From Microbotryum violaceum (lineage: Eukaryota), in NCBI GenBank assembly GCA_001244265.2, contig CDLV01000008.1:1178001-1242000 (forward strand): a stretch of 64,000 nt of DNA, in the 5' to 3' direction. Below, in pieces: positions 25,232-36,899 of this stretch (positions are counted from its first letter, which is position 1; every line of letters begins with the position of its first letter). A model generated the notes under the pieces. That model searched no databases and was not told where the DNA came from. It saw nothing but the letters and a program-made list of their open reading frames with translations. The position numbers were made by a program, and so were the translations under genes.

Positions 25232-26944
25232 TTACGAGAGCGGTGAAGGATACGTCTGGAACGTCTTCTGATCCGTGATTGGCGACCACTGCAGCCAAGC
25301 GTCTTCGAAGCACGGTGTGACGACAGTATCGGACGGGTCGGAAAACCAGTAGGGCGTCGTCGTAACGGCTGCAAGAAGCCCTGAAAACGTAGACTCGGTA
25401 GTCGCGGCTGCCGTTGCGATACTGGTCATCGTGCCCACGAGTGAGGGTGCGATGCAGGAGTCGCCGAGGTAGAAAGCGTCCGGGACGGCATCGGGAGTAA
25501 GCATGAGGCTGGCGCAGGGGGATGCACAGCTCGAGTAAGCCGAGGACAGAGGTGAGGCTGACATCGACGAGAGCGAAGAGGGTGAGGAGTGAGTCGGTGA
25601 TAAAGGCCCGAAGTAGGAAGGGTCGGGCAACGTGTCAATCGAGTACGGAACAGCAGATCCGGGGTCCTGGAAAACGACCTCGAGCGCAGGGTATTCATAG
25701 GGTACTGTGAACACTTCGGCGATCAAACCAGTCTCATTCATAAAGGGACTTGCGGAAGATTGGACGGTACTGGGCGCCTCATCGACGTGCATGGAAATAG
25801 ACTCTCGATCCGGAAGCTCCGGCTGATCCGGCAGGTGGGAGGTTGAGGCGGTAGGGGACAGGAACGCTTCAGGAGCTGAGGGAGGTGTGCAGAGTGATTT
25901 GACCTTCGAGTGTACTTCGGTCGGTTGCCGCTTGATGGACGTGGATGTTCCGACTTGATTCAAGGACTGCCCCATTTCATCCACACTGGCAGCCTTCTCC
26001 GAGCTCTTCTTGGGAGGTGGTTGGCAGGAGCTTGGTAGACGCTTGCGCAAAACCGTCTTGGACGCAGAGGAGCGAGCATTGCCCAATGAGCTCGATGACG
26101 AAGACGATGACTTCTTGTTCGATGACGAAGACTCGAGATCCGAGTTAGAGCGGTTGCGCTTCTTGCGAGCTACGATGATAGGGAACCACCGGTGAAGAAA
26201 AGGAGACGATCAGCACAGGTCGCTCAAGCGCTCAGGAGTGATCGCAAAGACCAGACAATCTCGCAATTCCGAGTGGAGATGCATTCTGGGAGGTTAAAAT
26301 GACTCGGATGGGGAAGGGTCCAACAAAGAAAAGAAGGACGAGACTCGGCGCCGACGGTATAGCTCAGGAGGCTCCGTCACCCGGGGGCGAAGAGATCCCT
26401 TCCGACCGGAGCAGGGTCACGTGGCCCTCGGGCCGCGGGTGGCAGTAGCACTTAGGCAATTGTGGTACTCACGCCTGACGCGATCTTCACTCTCTTCGCT
26501 GCATGGCCTCGTACCATGGTAGCCGCAGTAGAGTTCGTCCAGGTCATGGTTGCGAAATCGAGCTGTAGCAATGCAGGACATTCGGTTTTAGTTGCTGTGC
26601 GAGTGAAGAAGGCCATTTGAAGCTACCTGTCGCGCCGGCGGATTTAACCGCCCGAGTTACGGCACTGCATACATCGCCGACGGAAGCGGCGAAGACTCAC
26701 CAGTTCTTGTGCACGCCGCACAGGGCTGACCATTGACTCCAGTGCAGCGAACCCGACGAAGCCGACATCTGCCAGGGAGTTCATGATTCCAACGGACCTT
26801 GTCAGAAGTGTTTCGGTGCAAGGAATCTCGGCAACTGATTAGACCACGCTACAAGCTCGAAACCTCACCGGCTAAGCAGGGCACTCACCTGTTGCAGGCG
26901 TCGCCTTTGGCCTTGACTTCGAGAACTCGGCTTGGAGAGAGCAT
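25232..26944 (-). CDS. Zn(II)2Cys6-like transcription factor, copy A (4 exons)
   Basis: Exons 26944-26889, 26768-26701, 26562-26473 and 26169-25232 splice in frame at GT-AG sites, giving MLSPSRVLEVKAKGDACNRCRLRRVRCTGVNGQPCAACTRTARFRNHDLDELYCGY, then a basic stretch and a Ser/Pro-rich tail. Confidence 0.75.
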
Positions 26945-28170
26945 GGTTTTTTTTTATCGGTTCGTGGTGAGCGATGACAGAGGGGAAGAAGGTAAAGAAC
27001 AGCGCTCCAGGATCGACGGCTGAGACCCCGGTGGTCTCGGATTCGACAGCGGTTGCGACAAGCTATGTCGCATTGTCCGGGCTATGCTTTCACACTAGCG
27101 CGGTGAGCGGACTTCTCATTCTACTGCTCCTCTGTGCTCTTAGGGGAGGTACGGCTCGAAAACTACTTTTAGGGAAATCCTGCGGACAAAGCCCCGGCGG
27201 GCAGTGAACAATAGGGGCTGGTCGTGTGTCGGATGCGGTGCTTACCTGGGCCTCATTAGCGCGATCGGCCAGGGCTGTTCTCGGCGACCACTTTCCGTCC
27301 ACACGTTGCGTTGCCTTGTGAGATTTTTGCAGCATCCTTGTCACTCTGATCCGGTTTTCACCGTCTAGTACAAAGCTGACTCTACAGGTACAGATGAGAC
27401 CTGTCAATAAGATGCTCCGTGGTTTCTGCGAATGCAGACGGCTGAACACTTTGGCCTCTACGGCGCTGGAGGAGGAAGTAATCTTGAGCAATCTTTGCCA
27501 CAGTCTCTGAGCAGCACAACAGCTCAAGTGTCAGCAGTATACCTCCTATCGCCGCCCCTGACTTGGGCACCGCCCGTCGCACCTGTTCAACGAGTCTCTC
27601 AACTAGTGCGCGTCGGAAGTGGACCCGGTCAGACATACCGACATGACTCAGCTAACTCAACGACGAAAGCGGTGCTGATGCCCCGAACACTAGCTTAGTA
27701 ACGTCATTAATGTGATTCACTTTTTTTTGATGCCTTTCCTTTTGTCACAAGCATTACAATTGACAAGTGAGCAAATTTGGGTCCAACGGCCACGCCCGGG
27801 AGCGCCCGGTTCCTTCGCCGGAAGCACGTCGGAACCGCATTCTAGTGTGGTGCGGCCCAAAAAATTGGGTGATGCAGGCTGTCTCGGGCCTTCCGTGCAC
27901 TTATTCCGTGCACATATTGAATGCCTATGGTGCACGTAGGAAATTTTATGTCGGGGGACCAGCCATGTCACATGGAATGGACCTATCGCGTAATCAGGTT
28001 TCTTGCAGTATCGATGTTTCCTCGATCCCCCGATCCTCAGAAAGTTGAAACTAGATTATGTAAGACTGACTCTACCATCTCCAAACCCTCGCCGGCGTTT
28101 AAACTGAGTGCCGGCAGCACTACACTGGCTGAAATTGTGCGACCCTCGGCCCGGAAGCGAGGTCTGGCGC

Positions 28171-28210
28171 AGTCTGATGCAGTCTGATGCTGTCTGATGC
28201 AGCCTGACGC
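28171..28210 (+). repeat. 10-bp tandem repeat (agtctgatgc) x~4
   Basis: agtctgatgc agtctgatgc tgtctgatgc agcctgacgc. Confidence 0.8.
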
Positions 28211-28619
28211 GGCGATGGCCTCGCCGCACTAGGCCATCGCCGCACTAGCGCTGCCGGCTCCTTTCCTAGGAATCAATCACTAGCGGTGTATCGTGAGTGT
28301 GGCTATCCCATACAAAGACACCTCCGGCTTTCATTAGCGCTCGGCTAAGACCTGCAGCGCCTCTGTCGATCTGCGTTGGGCACTGTAGTCTACTGCAGTA
28401 GCCGATCCTCCCCGGGCTGGCCACGATGGCGTGCGGCATCGGCGTGCCGAGGCCGAGATCCAAGTCCTGACACTGACACGTCCCGGTTCACCTGTCCTGC
28501 AGACCTTCCCGTCGCGGACTTGCTCGCCAGTCATATTCAAAAAACTTCAACTCCACCCACCCCCAATACACACGTCTGCTTTGGTCTGCGTTCATTCGGC
28601 CGTTGCTCTTCCTGGCGCG

Positions 28620-28673
28620 TGCTCGTTCGCGCCCCACAGACGCCTGCTCGTTCGCGCCCCACAGACGCCTGCT
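28620..28673 (+). repeat. 25-bp tandem duplication
   Basis: tgctcgttcgcgccccacagacgcc occurs twice in tandem. Confidence 0.85.
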
Positions 28674-28709
28674 GCGGCGGCGGCCCACGCGGCAATCGCC
28701 GACGTCGTC

Positions 28710-29453
28710 ATGTCAGACGGCACCAACCAGCCACCGCCCTCCACTCCGTCCTCGAGCCAAGGTCAAACACCTGCTCAGGCACCGTCTTTGGGTAATCCTG
28801 GCCCCGAACAGTGTATCACACCGCCGTCACAACGCCGCCGCGAAGCACGGATCGCATACTGCCAAAACATTTACGCCCAACAGGCCGAAGCCATCCCCGC
28901 CGACCCAGAAGTCATCCGCGACGGTGGCTACCAGGCAAGAGAGCTCGATACGCGTGCCGTGGACTGGAGAGAGTGGGAACAAACCGCCGAAAGGGCTTAC
29001 CAACCGGTCAATGCCGGTCGCGTGCTGGGCCCTGATGGACTCGTGCGAGATTGGGAGGTTGTAGCACCTGGTCGCTTCGTCGAGGGTGCCGACAATGCGA
29101 TGCGTGACGCCCTACTGGGGCAGAATGGCGGCGCGACATATCGCGACTTCCTCCAAGGCATCGAGGCAACCCCTTCAACGTGGGAACAGGCTCGCTTCGC
29201 TCATGCTCAAGCTGTCGGCGCCGGCGCGGCTGGGGTCGGTACGCAGGGTGTCCCCTCTCTCGACGCCGGTCTTACGGGCCCCGCCACGGGCCTTGAATTA
29301 CCGAGTAACACGGTTGCGATTGCCTTAACAGCGGCGTACATTGTCGCTCGAGCCATGGGTTTCGTTCCGGGAGTGGCGAGGCGACGACGTCGCCGCGATC
29401 AAGAGGGCTTGATGACGCCCGAGGGCAAGGCCAGCAAGGCTGCGCGGCGTTGA
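28710..29453 (+). CDS. Hypothetical intronless protein (~247 aa)
   Basis: Open frame from MSDGTNQPP with a C-terminal hydrophobic stretch followed by RRRRRR. No family recognised. Confidence 0.45.
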   Translation: MSDGTNQPPPSTPSSSQGQTPAQAPSLGNPGPEQCITPPSQRRREARIAYCQNIYAQQAEAIPADPEVIRDGGYQARELDTRAVDWREWEQTAERAYQPVNAGRVLGPDGLVRDWEVVAPGRFVEGADNAMRDALLGQNGGATYRDFLQGIEATPSTWEQARFAHAQAVGAGAAGVGTQGVPSLDAGLTGPATGLELPSNTVAIALTAAYIVARAMGFVPGVARRRRRRDQEGLMTPEGKASKAARR

Positions 29454-30095
29454 GTGGAATGGGTGGCGGTTCTTCTTTCGAGTACATGTTTTTTGTTTAA
29501 AGTTTGCATTCGCCTTCCTCGTCATGTTCGGTCTACTCTTTGTACTTTATCTTTCGTGCTGCTTCAATGAGATGGTGAATTTGCTCCTGTGGACCACTCG
29601 GAATAATGGCAAATTTTGCCAGATACTTGTTCCCAAATGCTCGAAAATTGTGCTTAGGGCACCTACACGAATGTCATGGCATCCATTTCGGCTGGTCTTG
29701 GTATCTAAGCTAACGCGATGATGGGAGGGAGCTTCCTCGAGAGGGCCTCATTGAGCGTACCACTCACCTACCCTAGCTCTTTCGCATCAACTCTTGCAGC
29801 AGTGTTATTCCACGTACTTCATACACCGTCGGCGACAGTTTCGGAATCTGCTAGCCATAGCGAAGTAAGCATGTGTACAGCTCAGAACTCTCTGCGTTCC
29901 TCTTCGGCGGCCTTCCTCTTCACTGTGTGCTTGCCGTCGTAGGTATGAAATTGTGAACAAACAGGGTACCAAGATATTGTTTTTATGCAACATAAGAGGC
30001 CAAAGTAAAAACATGAGATGATGAGTGCAACTAAGCAATGAAGCAAAGAACGGAGCCATATGTCGGCAGGTTCCGAGTACGAACAAGAGTATGCT

Positions 30096-31473
30096 TCACC
30101 AGACCCACTCTCGCAGTCCTAGCTCGAGGGAGGGCGTCGACGGTAACGGGAAACATTGGGCAAGCGACTGGTGGTCGAGCGGGAGGGGCAAGTCCATCAG
30201 AAAGGGCGGTTCCGAGAACGGGATACCACCGCACTCGGCGAATGGTGGTGGCGACGGTGTGCAGGACCAATGCGAGGTGTCGTCCGCCGAGAAATCGCGC
30301 CAGAAAGTCGACTGGGGCGAGCCAAATGAGGACGAGTCGGAGAAAGTCGGACTTGGCGGCTTCATGGACATCTCCATCTCTAGAAGGGCTAAGACAGCGT
30401 CGGATCCATCGAGCGTCATGGATGATCTCGAGAGACTCGCGCTCGACCAATTCACCACCGAGGCCAGGGGCTTGGCAGGGAGCGCAGCAATGGTCCCCCG
30501 GTGCGACTCCGCAATTGGAGCGAAATTTCTGATAGGTCTGATAGATATATCTATCGGAGATGACAGGGGTTCCGGTGTGCCAGCCGAAACAGCGCTTGCC
30601 ACACCGGTGGCCGCAGTGAGGGGGGAGTGCATCGCGGAAGCCTCGGGCCCACCAGGGGCGACCTTGGCCTGCGATGTGGCGGCGACGGACGGAAACAGAG
30701 GCAAGGGAGGCAGCTCTGGAAGTCCAAGGGCGATCTTGAGAGTTGGTGGAGGTTGCGACTGGTCTTGCACCCCGTCAGGATATGTGATCGATGCCGCATC
30801 GGACGTTTGAGACGCGTCTGGGGGCGCGTACAGTCGCTGGTTAGCTCGAGTCAAGCTCGTCTCTCCCCGCCGCTTAGGACTCTGCTTCACCGCTAGTCGA
30901 CGCACCATTAGGCAAGCTGACCGTATGCCGCAACGGAGCAGGCGGCTGGGTAGGGCGTTTCTTGAGCGCCAATCTCCGGCTCCCTATGTTCTTGCGAGAC
31001 TTGCGAAGTACTTGGGTGTAGCAACAATGGACCGAGTCGGCTGAGCGCCCCTCGAAGGCGGCAGTGCGCAGGCACGCGGTGCACGCCGGGACCTTGGCAT
31101 CACATTTGACTTTTCTGGCTTTGCTGTAACGTAGCGCGTTTAAAAAAGTAATATCGAAATCCCCCAAAAATCCGGGTTCAGTTCGTGTTGCTCAAAACAT
31201 CCGGCATCGTCAGACTCCGTCAACTGAGGCTGTCGGCACGCGCGCCCGACGCCCGAGATCGGACCCGAGCTGACGTCGCGCGCCCGGGGGCCAGCGCACG
31301 AGCGACCCGCTCCCCGAGCGCGAGCGCGATCGCCGAGAATCACTGTCGGTAGGCGACGGCGGCAGATCGAACCTCGGCTCGCAGGAACAGCGGAACCGAC
31401 CGGGCACTCACCAAGTGATGCATGCTTGACCTTTCTCGAGAGGTGGCGATAACGCTCGTTTTCGTGAAGGCAT
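30096..31473 (-). CDS. Zn(II)2Cys6-like transcription factor, copy B (3 exons)
   Basis: Exon 31473-31412 splices to ~31124, giving MPSRKRALSPPLEKGQACITCKARKVKCDAKVPACTACLRTAAFEGRSADSVHCCY. A second intron at ~30920-30838 leads to a Pro/Ser-rich tail. Confidence 0.78.
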
Positions 31474-33135
31474 GATTGTGCTGGTCGAACAGCGGAGATC
31501 GAGAAGAACCTCAAACCGCGCGCCAAGTGGCTTGGTGAGATCGGTGAGAGAGAGCTGGACTGGTCTCCGAGGCGCGACAAACGGGGAGGGCACGACTACG
31601 GTCGACAGATGAGGGATGTGATGGTAGAAGTATGACGGTGAGAGATTCCTGGCTACTTTGTATCTGGCTGGTTTGGCGATGGTTTGGCGATGTTGTGAAT
31701 GCTGTGAAGACAAAGATTGAGGTTAAAATCGTCTCGGAGGAAGAGTGAGAGCTCGCAGATAATCGGAGCACCAAGACCATCAGCGGGTCAGACAAATAAT
31801 TTGGCGACGGGCGTCGGGCGCCGAGCGCCAGCTGATCAGTGGAGCTTCAAGCGTGCGGCAGTCATCTTTATTAGTCAGGCTCGACTACAAGCTTGCGATA
31901 GCTCCGCGGTCCTATTGCGTTTGTTTCCTGCGCGACAAATGAAGGGTTAATGATGACCGATTGCGCTCTGTTTCCACTGCTGCAGGGTAATTAGGCAAGG
32001 CAAAAAAGGCGGTCGCTCCACCGCGCCGACGCGCGGCACCAGGGTGTCCTCCATTCCTCCGAACAAGGCGTCACTTTTCCTCCGCCTCCACAGTACTCGC
32101 GCAAGTGCTTACGAGACACGAATCACGAAATCCGCCACGGGCGTTCTCAGAGGCCCGTTCGACGGTTGCGCTAGACCTACGTACGGAAATTCCTCCGATC
32201 TATTTAGGTCACCCTTTCTGACGAGGTGCGGTGTCTTGTCCCCGTACCTACCGACTACAACACGACTACGATCGGGCCAACTTCAGCCGCTTACCTCGAT
32301 TCCGACGCGCGGCCCGGCCTACTCTCATTATTATGATCTCATTCACCTATAACCTATAACCTATAAAGCTCCTCGCTGTTCTGAATCGCTGTCTCCCGAC
32401 ATACCCCAAGAAGAATGAGATGAGGTATTTATTTACGTCTCCGGAATCAGACTAGACTCAAGGATACGGACGAAGCAAGCTGCTTGGTCACCGGAGAAGC
32501 TGAGTTCGACGCTAGAGGGACGGCTGCGGCGATCTGGGGCGAGCTGGAGCAGGCTAAATCGGCTGGAGCCGGCAAGCCCAAGTAGCATCGGTCAGCTCTT
32601 CGAGTTTGAGTTTTGGTATACTTTCCCGGTCGTGCGTCTTTTACGTTATAGACTCTGCTTTCGAATACAAGCTGGGAGGGTGTGAGACTTACTAAAGTAA
32701 CTTTGGACAGATAATTAGCAAGTGACGTTTTTCTTTCCCGCGGTCACAATACTGATCAAGACACAACCGGCCTTTGGTTACATGTCTTAATTGTGCGAAC
32801 GAACTGTTCGATGAAACATTTGTGCCCGGTACAGGCCGGCCGAATACGCTTCTTTCCCGTTCAAGCGGTCCTGATGCTCGAGAGATCGTCGCCCCTGTGC
32901 GCTGCGGCTACGACGTGCCGCCTACACTTAGCGCTCCCTTGCAAAAACAGAGCGCTGACCAATTACCGGGCGCGGCGTTTAAAGTCCTCATAGAACCGAA
33001 ATTACTACCCCCTTGGCCAGCGTCGCTCCAGGGTCGTTTATAAGTGGAGGCTGAAGCAATGTCGAAGGAACGGCTTTCGACCTTGACGACCAATCCAGAA
33101 CCTCCATAATGCCAGCACCAACCTGATCTTTGATC

Positions 33136-33975
33136 TCGACTCTCCTGACCACTCGCGCGAGTCGTAGCGGAATAGTGGTTCGAGTTGCAGCATGACGAAG
33201 GACAACATTGGTGGTGTAGGAGTTGTTAAACAAATGCCTCAAGCGGTGAAAACCCAGCCTTCTGGGGAAGCCTGCAAGAAATTGATCTAAACGGAAGAGA
33301 GTCCGAACTTCTTGGTGATACACAGGGATGGTGGGCGGGATGACAATTGGGAGCTTTGCGACCCAAGCTTCTGGATGTCAGTCGGCTGCAACTGATGATG
33401 GAGCAAGTCCATTGATCGTATCAGCATACCTTTGCGACAAAGGCAAGACACTGTATAAAGACAGTTGGGGCGCGGTTGGTGCAAAGGACGGTAAAGGGTC
33501 TGCTGAGAGATATGCGATTTAGCTCGTTGCCCAACAAGGGCCCGGAGCAAAATGCCTCCACAAAGAATTTGCAGGGATCCAAGTGCAAAGTACACCGTGC
33601 AACAAGCTTGGGTGTATCGAAGCACTTACCCCGAGCTACTCTAAGCGAGCCACGTCGAGGGTTTCATAACGAGCTGCTAGCAGCTGTGAACGTCCGGCAA
33701 GATGGAACTCTCGATCAGCGACCTCGTCAGCTGGGAGGTAGTCTTGGGAGTGAGGAACGCACCTGTCCCTACAGGTGGTGAACGCAGCCGGAGAAGCTGG
33801 TAAGGAAACGTCGACAACGCAGTGAAGGCCCGAAAGGGAACGTGCATTGCGAGTACCGCCCGTGAGCCCGCGTGTGTGGGAAGCACAGCTATAGCATCCA
33901 CGGGGGAGAGAGGGTCCGTGCGCGCGAGCCTGAATCGGCGCGTCAAATCCTTGCAGCAAAAGCCGAAAAGACCAG
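33136..33975 (-). repeat. Dispersed repeat, probable LINE 3' region; uninterrupted copy of 43885-44713 + 52055-52065
   Basis: 33136-33964 matches 43885-44713 (829 bp) with only one substitution noticed. It continues gaaaagaccag exactly as the sequence after 52054 does. The element may extend left of 33136. Confidence 0.9.
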
Positions 33976-34531
33976 AACTTGGGGTAAGCCTCTCATCGGG
34001 GTGGTCACCATGCTTCTGCTGAAAACCTTGACTATTGCTGATTTGTGCACTGTTTTTCGCCCGCCAAGAGGTTGATGCAAAAAGAAGTGGCTTGTTGTTC
34101 ACTTAAAAAAGTATTGTTTAGTTTTCAGAAGCTCATGCAGGCGTTCGTTTCTTGATCAGGTACCAAAAGCTGGCGGCCGTACGTAGGCGCACTAAACTGC
34201 GCGGGTTGTGGCGCGTTGAACGTGTGAACGACGCGCCAACGCGGCGCACTCAAGACTCTCAGACACCGGTTGCACCGTCGCTTCACACGAACGCTCACTC
34301 ATAGTCTCAAAGCTCCGACATAGTGACACCAAAAAGGGATCATATCAGTCGACTGAGCGCCTGAATTTGTAAGAACTCCGCTGCTTGACGAGTTAACGTA
34401 TAAAAGCTGATGGACCTGACGAACTCGGTTCCTCAGACACACGCGCCACGCCACGACCCTTCCACGGGCCCCTCACCGACTCCGAGCTGCAGACGTCGGC
34501 CATTCAGACTACTCGGACTTCTGTATCGACC

Positions 34532-36577
34532 ATGGCCCGTGATCGTCTTGCTGCCATCCGCGTAAGTATTGGACCATTGCGATTTTCGAGCTGGCTCAGC
34601 TCCCTGCGAACCCCTGTCGTTGTCGGCTTGAAGGGCCTTCAAGGCATTCCTTTCGACTCATGGTCACACTCATCCTGCAAAATTCGTCTCTTTTCAGGCA
34701 CAACAAGCGGCGACAGACTCGCAACAGCAGCACCAGCAGAATCATTCGTACCCACAACAGCCGCAGCAGCAACAGCTCTACGGCGAGTACGGCCGCCCAT
34801 CCGCCGAAGATAACTATGGACGTCCCAACATGCATCGGCCGCCGCATGAGTCGAGAAACGCATCCTTCGATGATCCCGGACAGTACCAGAGCAATCCGCC
34901 CTACTCGAGGTCGCGCTCAAACTCTAGCCATGGAGGGTCCGCCGCCCGACCGCGCCCAAGTAACCCGCCGCCGGTGTCGATAGCGCCATCGAGCAACTAC
35001 ATGATTCCCAGCTATCAAGAGCCGCCACGCGACTTGAATCCGTACGAGCCCCAAGCCTACTCCCCGATCCAGGCCTCTGCTGGTCAACAACCGAAAGCAC
35101 AGAAATCGCAGTACACCCCTTTGGACCCCGTCAGAACGCGCCAACGCAGCATATCCGAGGGCAAACTCAACCCCGATCAGCGTCGAGCACTGGAGCAATC
35201 CTCGATGCCGCCGGCGCCCGTACCGGGCCAAAATTACAACTCGGATAAGACAAGAGGGTATCCAAATCCGCCACCTGAGATGAGGCCCGCACCTTCCTAC
35301 CAAAGCTTTGCGACCGAGTACGATGACTATAAGGGCAGCTCGGCAAACCTCGTCTCGAGCAAATCTCGAGCTGAAGAGTCATATGAGATGCAGAAGCGTC
35401 GCAGCAACAGCAACGACTCAAACCGCGGAGGCCCCTCGAAGAAGAAAAAGACCGTCAAGCGAGGCGATGTCGAATTTGAAGAGATGGGGCAGTTCTTCGC
35501 TGAGGTACGTGTCTCTAACGTGGCTGCCCCGTCTCGAGAGCGCATGAAAGCAGTCGCTGATGACTCCACGTGTACGCTGCACTGCTGCAGGTTTCGGATC
35601 TGCAAGAAAGATTGCGAGAGGCCAATGGGTTGGTTCAGCAGATTGCAGGGGTCCATGCTCGAATCTTGGCGCTCCCATCGACCGAAGACCCACAATCCGT
35701 CGCGCTGAACCAAGAGCTGAACGCCCTCACAACGTCGTCTCGAAAGCTGTACAACTCGCTCAAGAATCGCATCCTGGCGCTCGATCAAGGCAATGCCGGG
35801 CTCCGAGCTCTCGTACCGGCAGCCCAGTCGATGTACAATCTCACCATGGACGATGTGGATGTCCGGAACACTCAGGTGTCTGCTCTCAAAGAGCGCTTCA
35901 AGAGCGCGATCCAGCGCTACGCCGAAGTCGAACGAGACAACCGAAACAAGAACAGGTCGCGCATGGAGCGTCAAGTCATGATCGTCAACCCAGGTCTGTC
36001 GGCCCAGGAGGTCAACGAAGTGGTCCGACAAGCCGAGGAAGAGGGCTCGAACGCCGTGTTCTCCCAGGCGTTGCAGCAATCCGATGGTCGAAGGGGCTAT
36101 GCTGCTCGAGGAGCTCTTCGCGAGGTCGAGACCCGCGCCGCTGCGCTGGCTCGGATCGAATCTACGCTCGTTCAGCTCGCGCAGCTCTTCTCCGATATGG
36201 CCATCCTGGTCGAGGAGCAAGATGTGCAGATCGTCGCCATTGAAGCCAAGGCCGCCGAGGCGACGCATGACATGGAGAAGGGTCTGCAGCAAACACAAAA
36301 GGCCGTCAAGTCGGCGAGGAATGCTCGCAAGTGGCGCTGGATCTGCTTCATCATCATCCTCATCATCCTCATAGTTGTAGCCGTCGTCGTCGTCATCGAG
36401 GTCGTGCTGCCCATGATCAAGAAGAACAACGAGGCCAAGGCGAATGCGCCTGCCCCGACCACCGCTCCAGCGACGTCGACGCCGATCGCCCGTTTCGCTG
36501 CGGCCGCCGCCATCACTGCTTCGCCGACGGCTTCGGCCAACATCAGTGCTCCAACGTCAACACCAGCTAGACGGTGA
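34532..36577 (+). CDS. Plasma-membrane syntaxin (SSO-like), copy 2, with N- and C-terminal extensions
   Basis: MARDRLAAIR|intron, a long Q/P/S-rich region, MGQFFAE|VSDLQ, a SNARE helix, AVKSARNARKWRWICF plus TM, then an Ala/Thr/Pro tail. Confidence 0.85.
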
Positions 36578-36899
36578 TGACGACTAGAAGAGGCTCTTTC
36601 GCAGTTGACCGTCGTTCTCCTTCCAAGGTTTGCGAGACACGGCCCGCAAGCTTTTTCTGTCCCTTCGTTCTTTCGCGCATTTACATATATCGAGTAGTCG
36701 TGCACCCTGCTCACTCACTCATTCGAATATTGACTTTTTGTTTCAACACTGTAGTACTATTCTTTTGCGGCTTGCTTTTGGTCATGGACAATCGGAAAAA
36801 GATTTTCTTTTTTGCTTGTTGCCAGCCGGCGCGGCCTCGGGTGCTTCTTGGCTCTGCTCCATACTACTACCGCGCCCGACGCGTGATGTCAACTCGACG

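Noticed and set aside
27691-29712. tagcttag/ctaagcta as TIRs around the orphan ORF
   Set aside because: An 8-bp match that does not extend.
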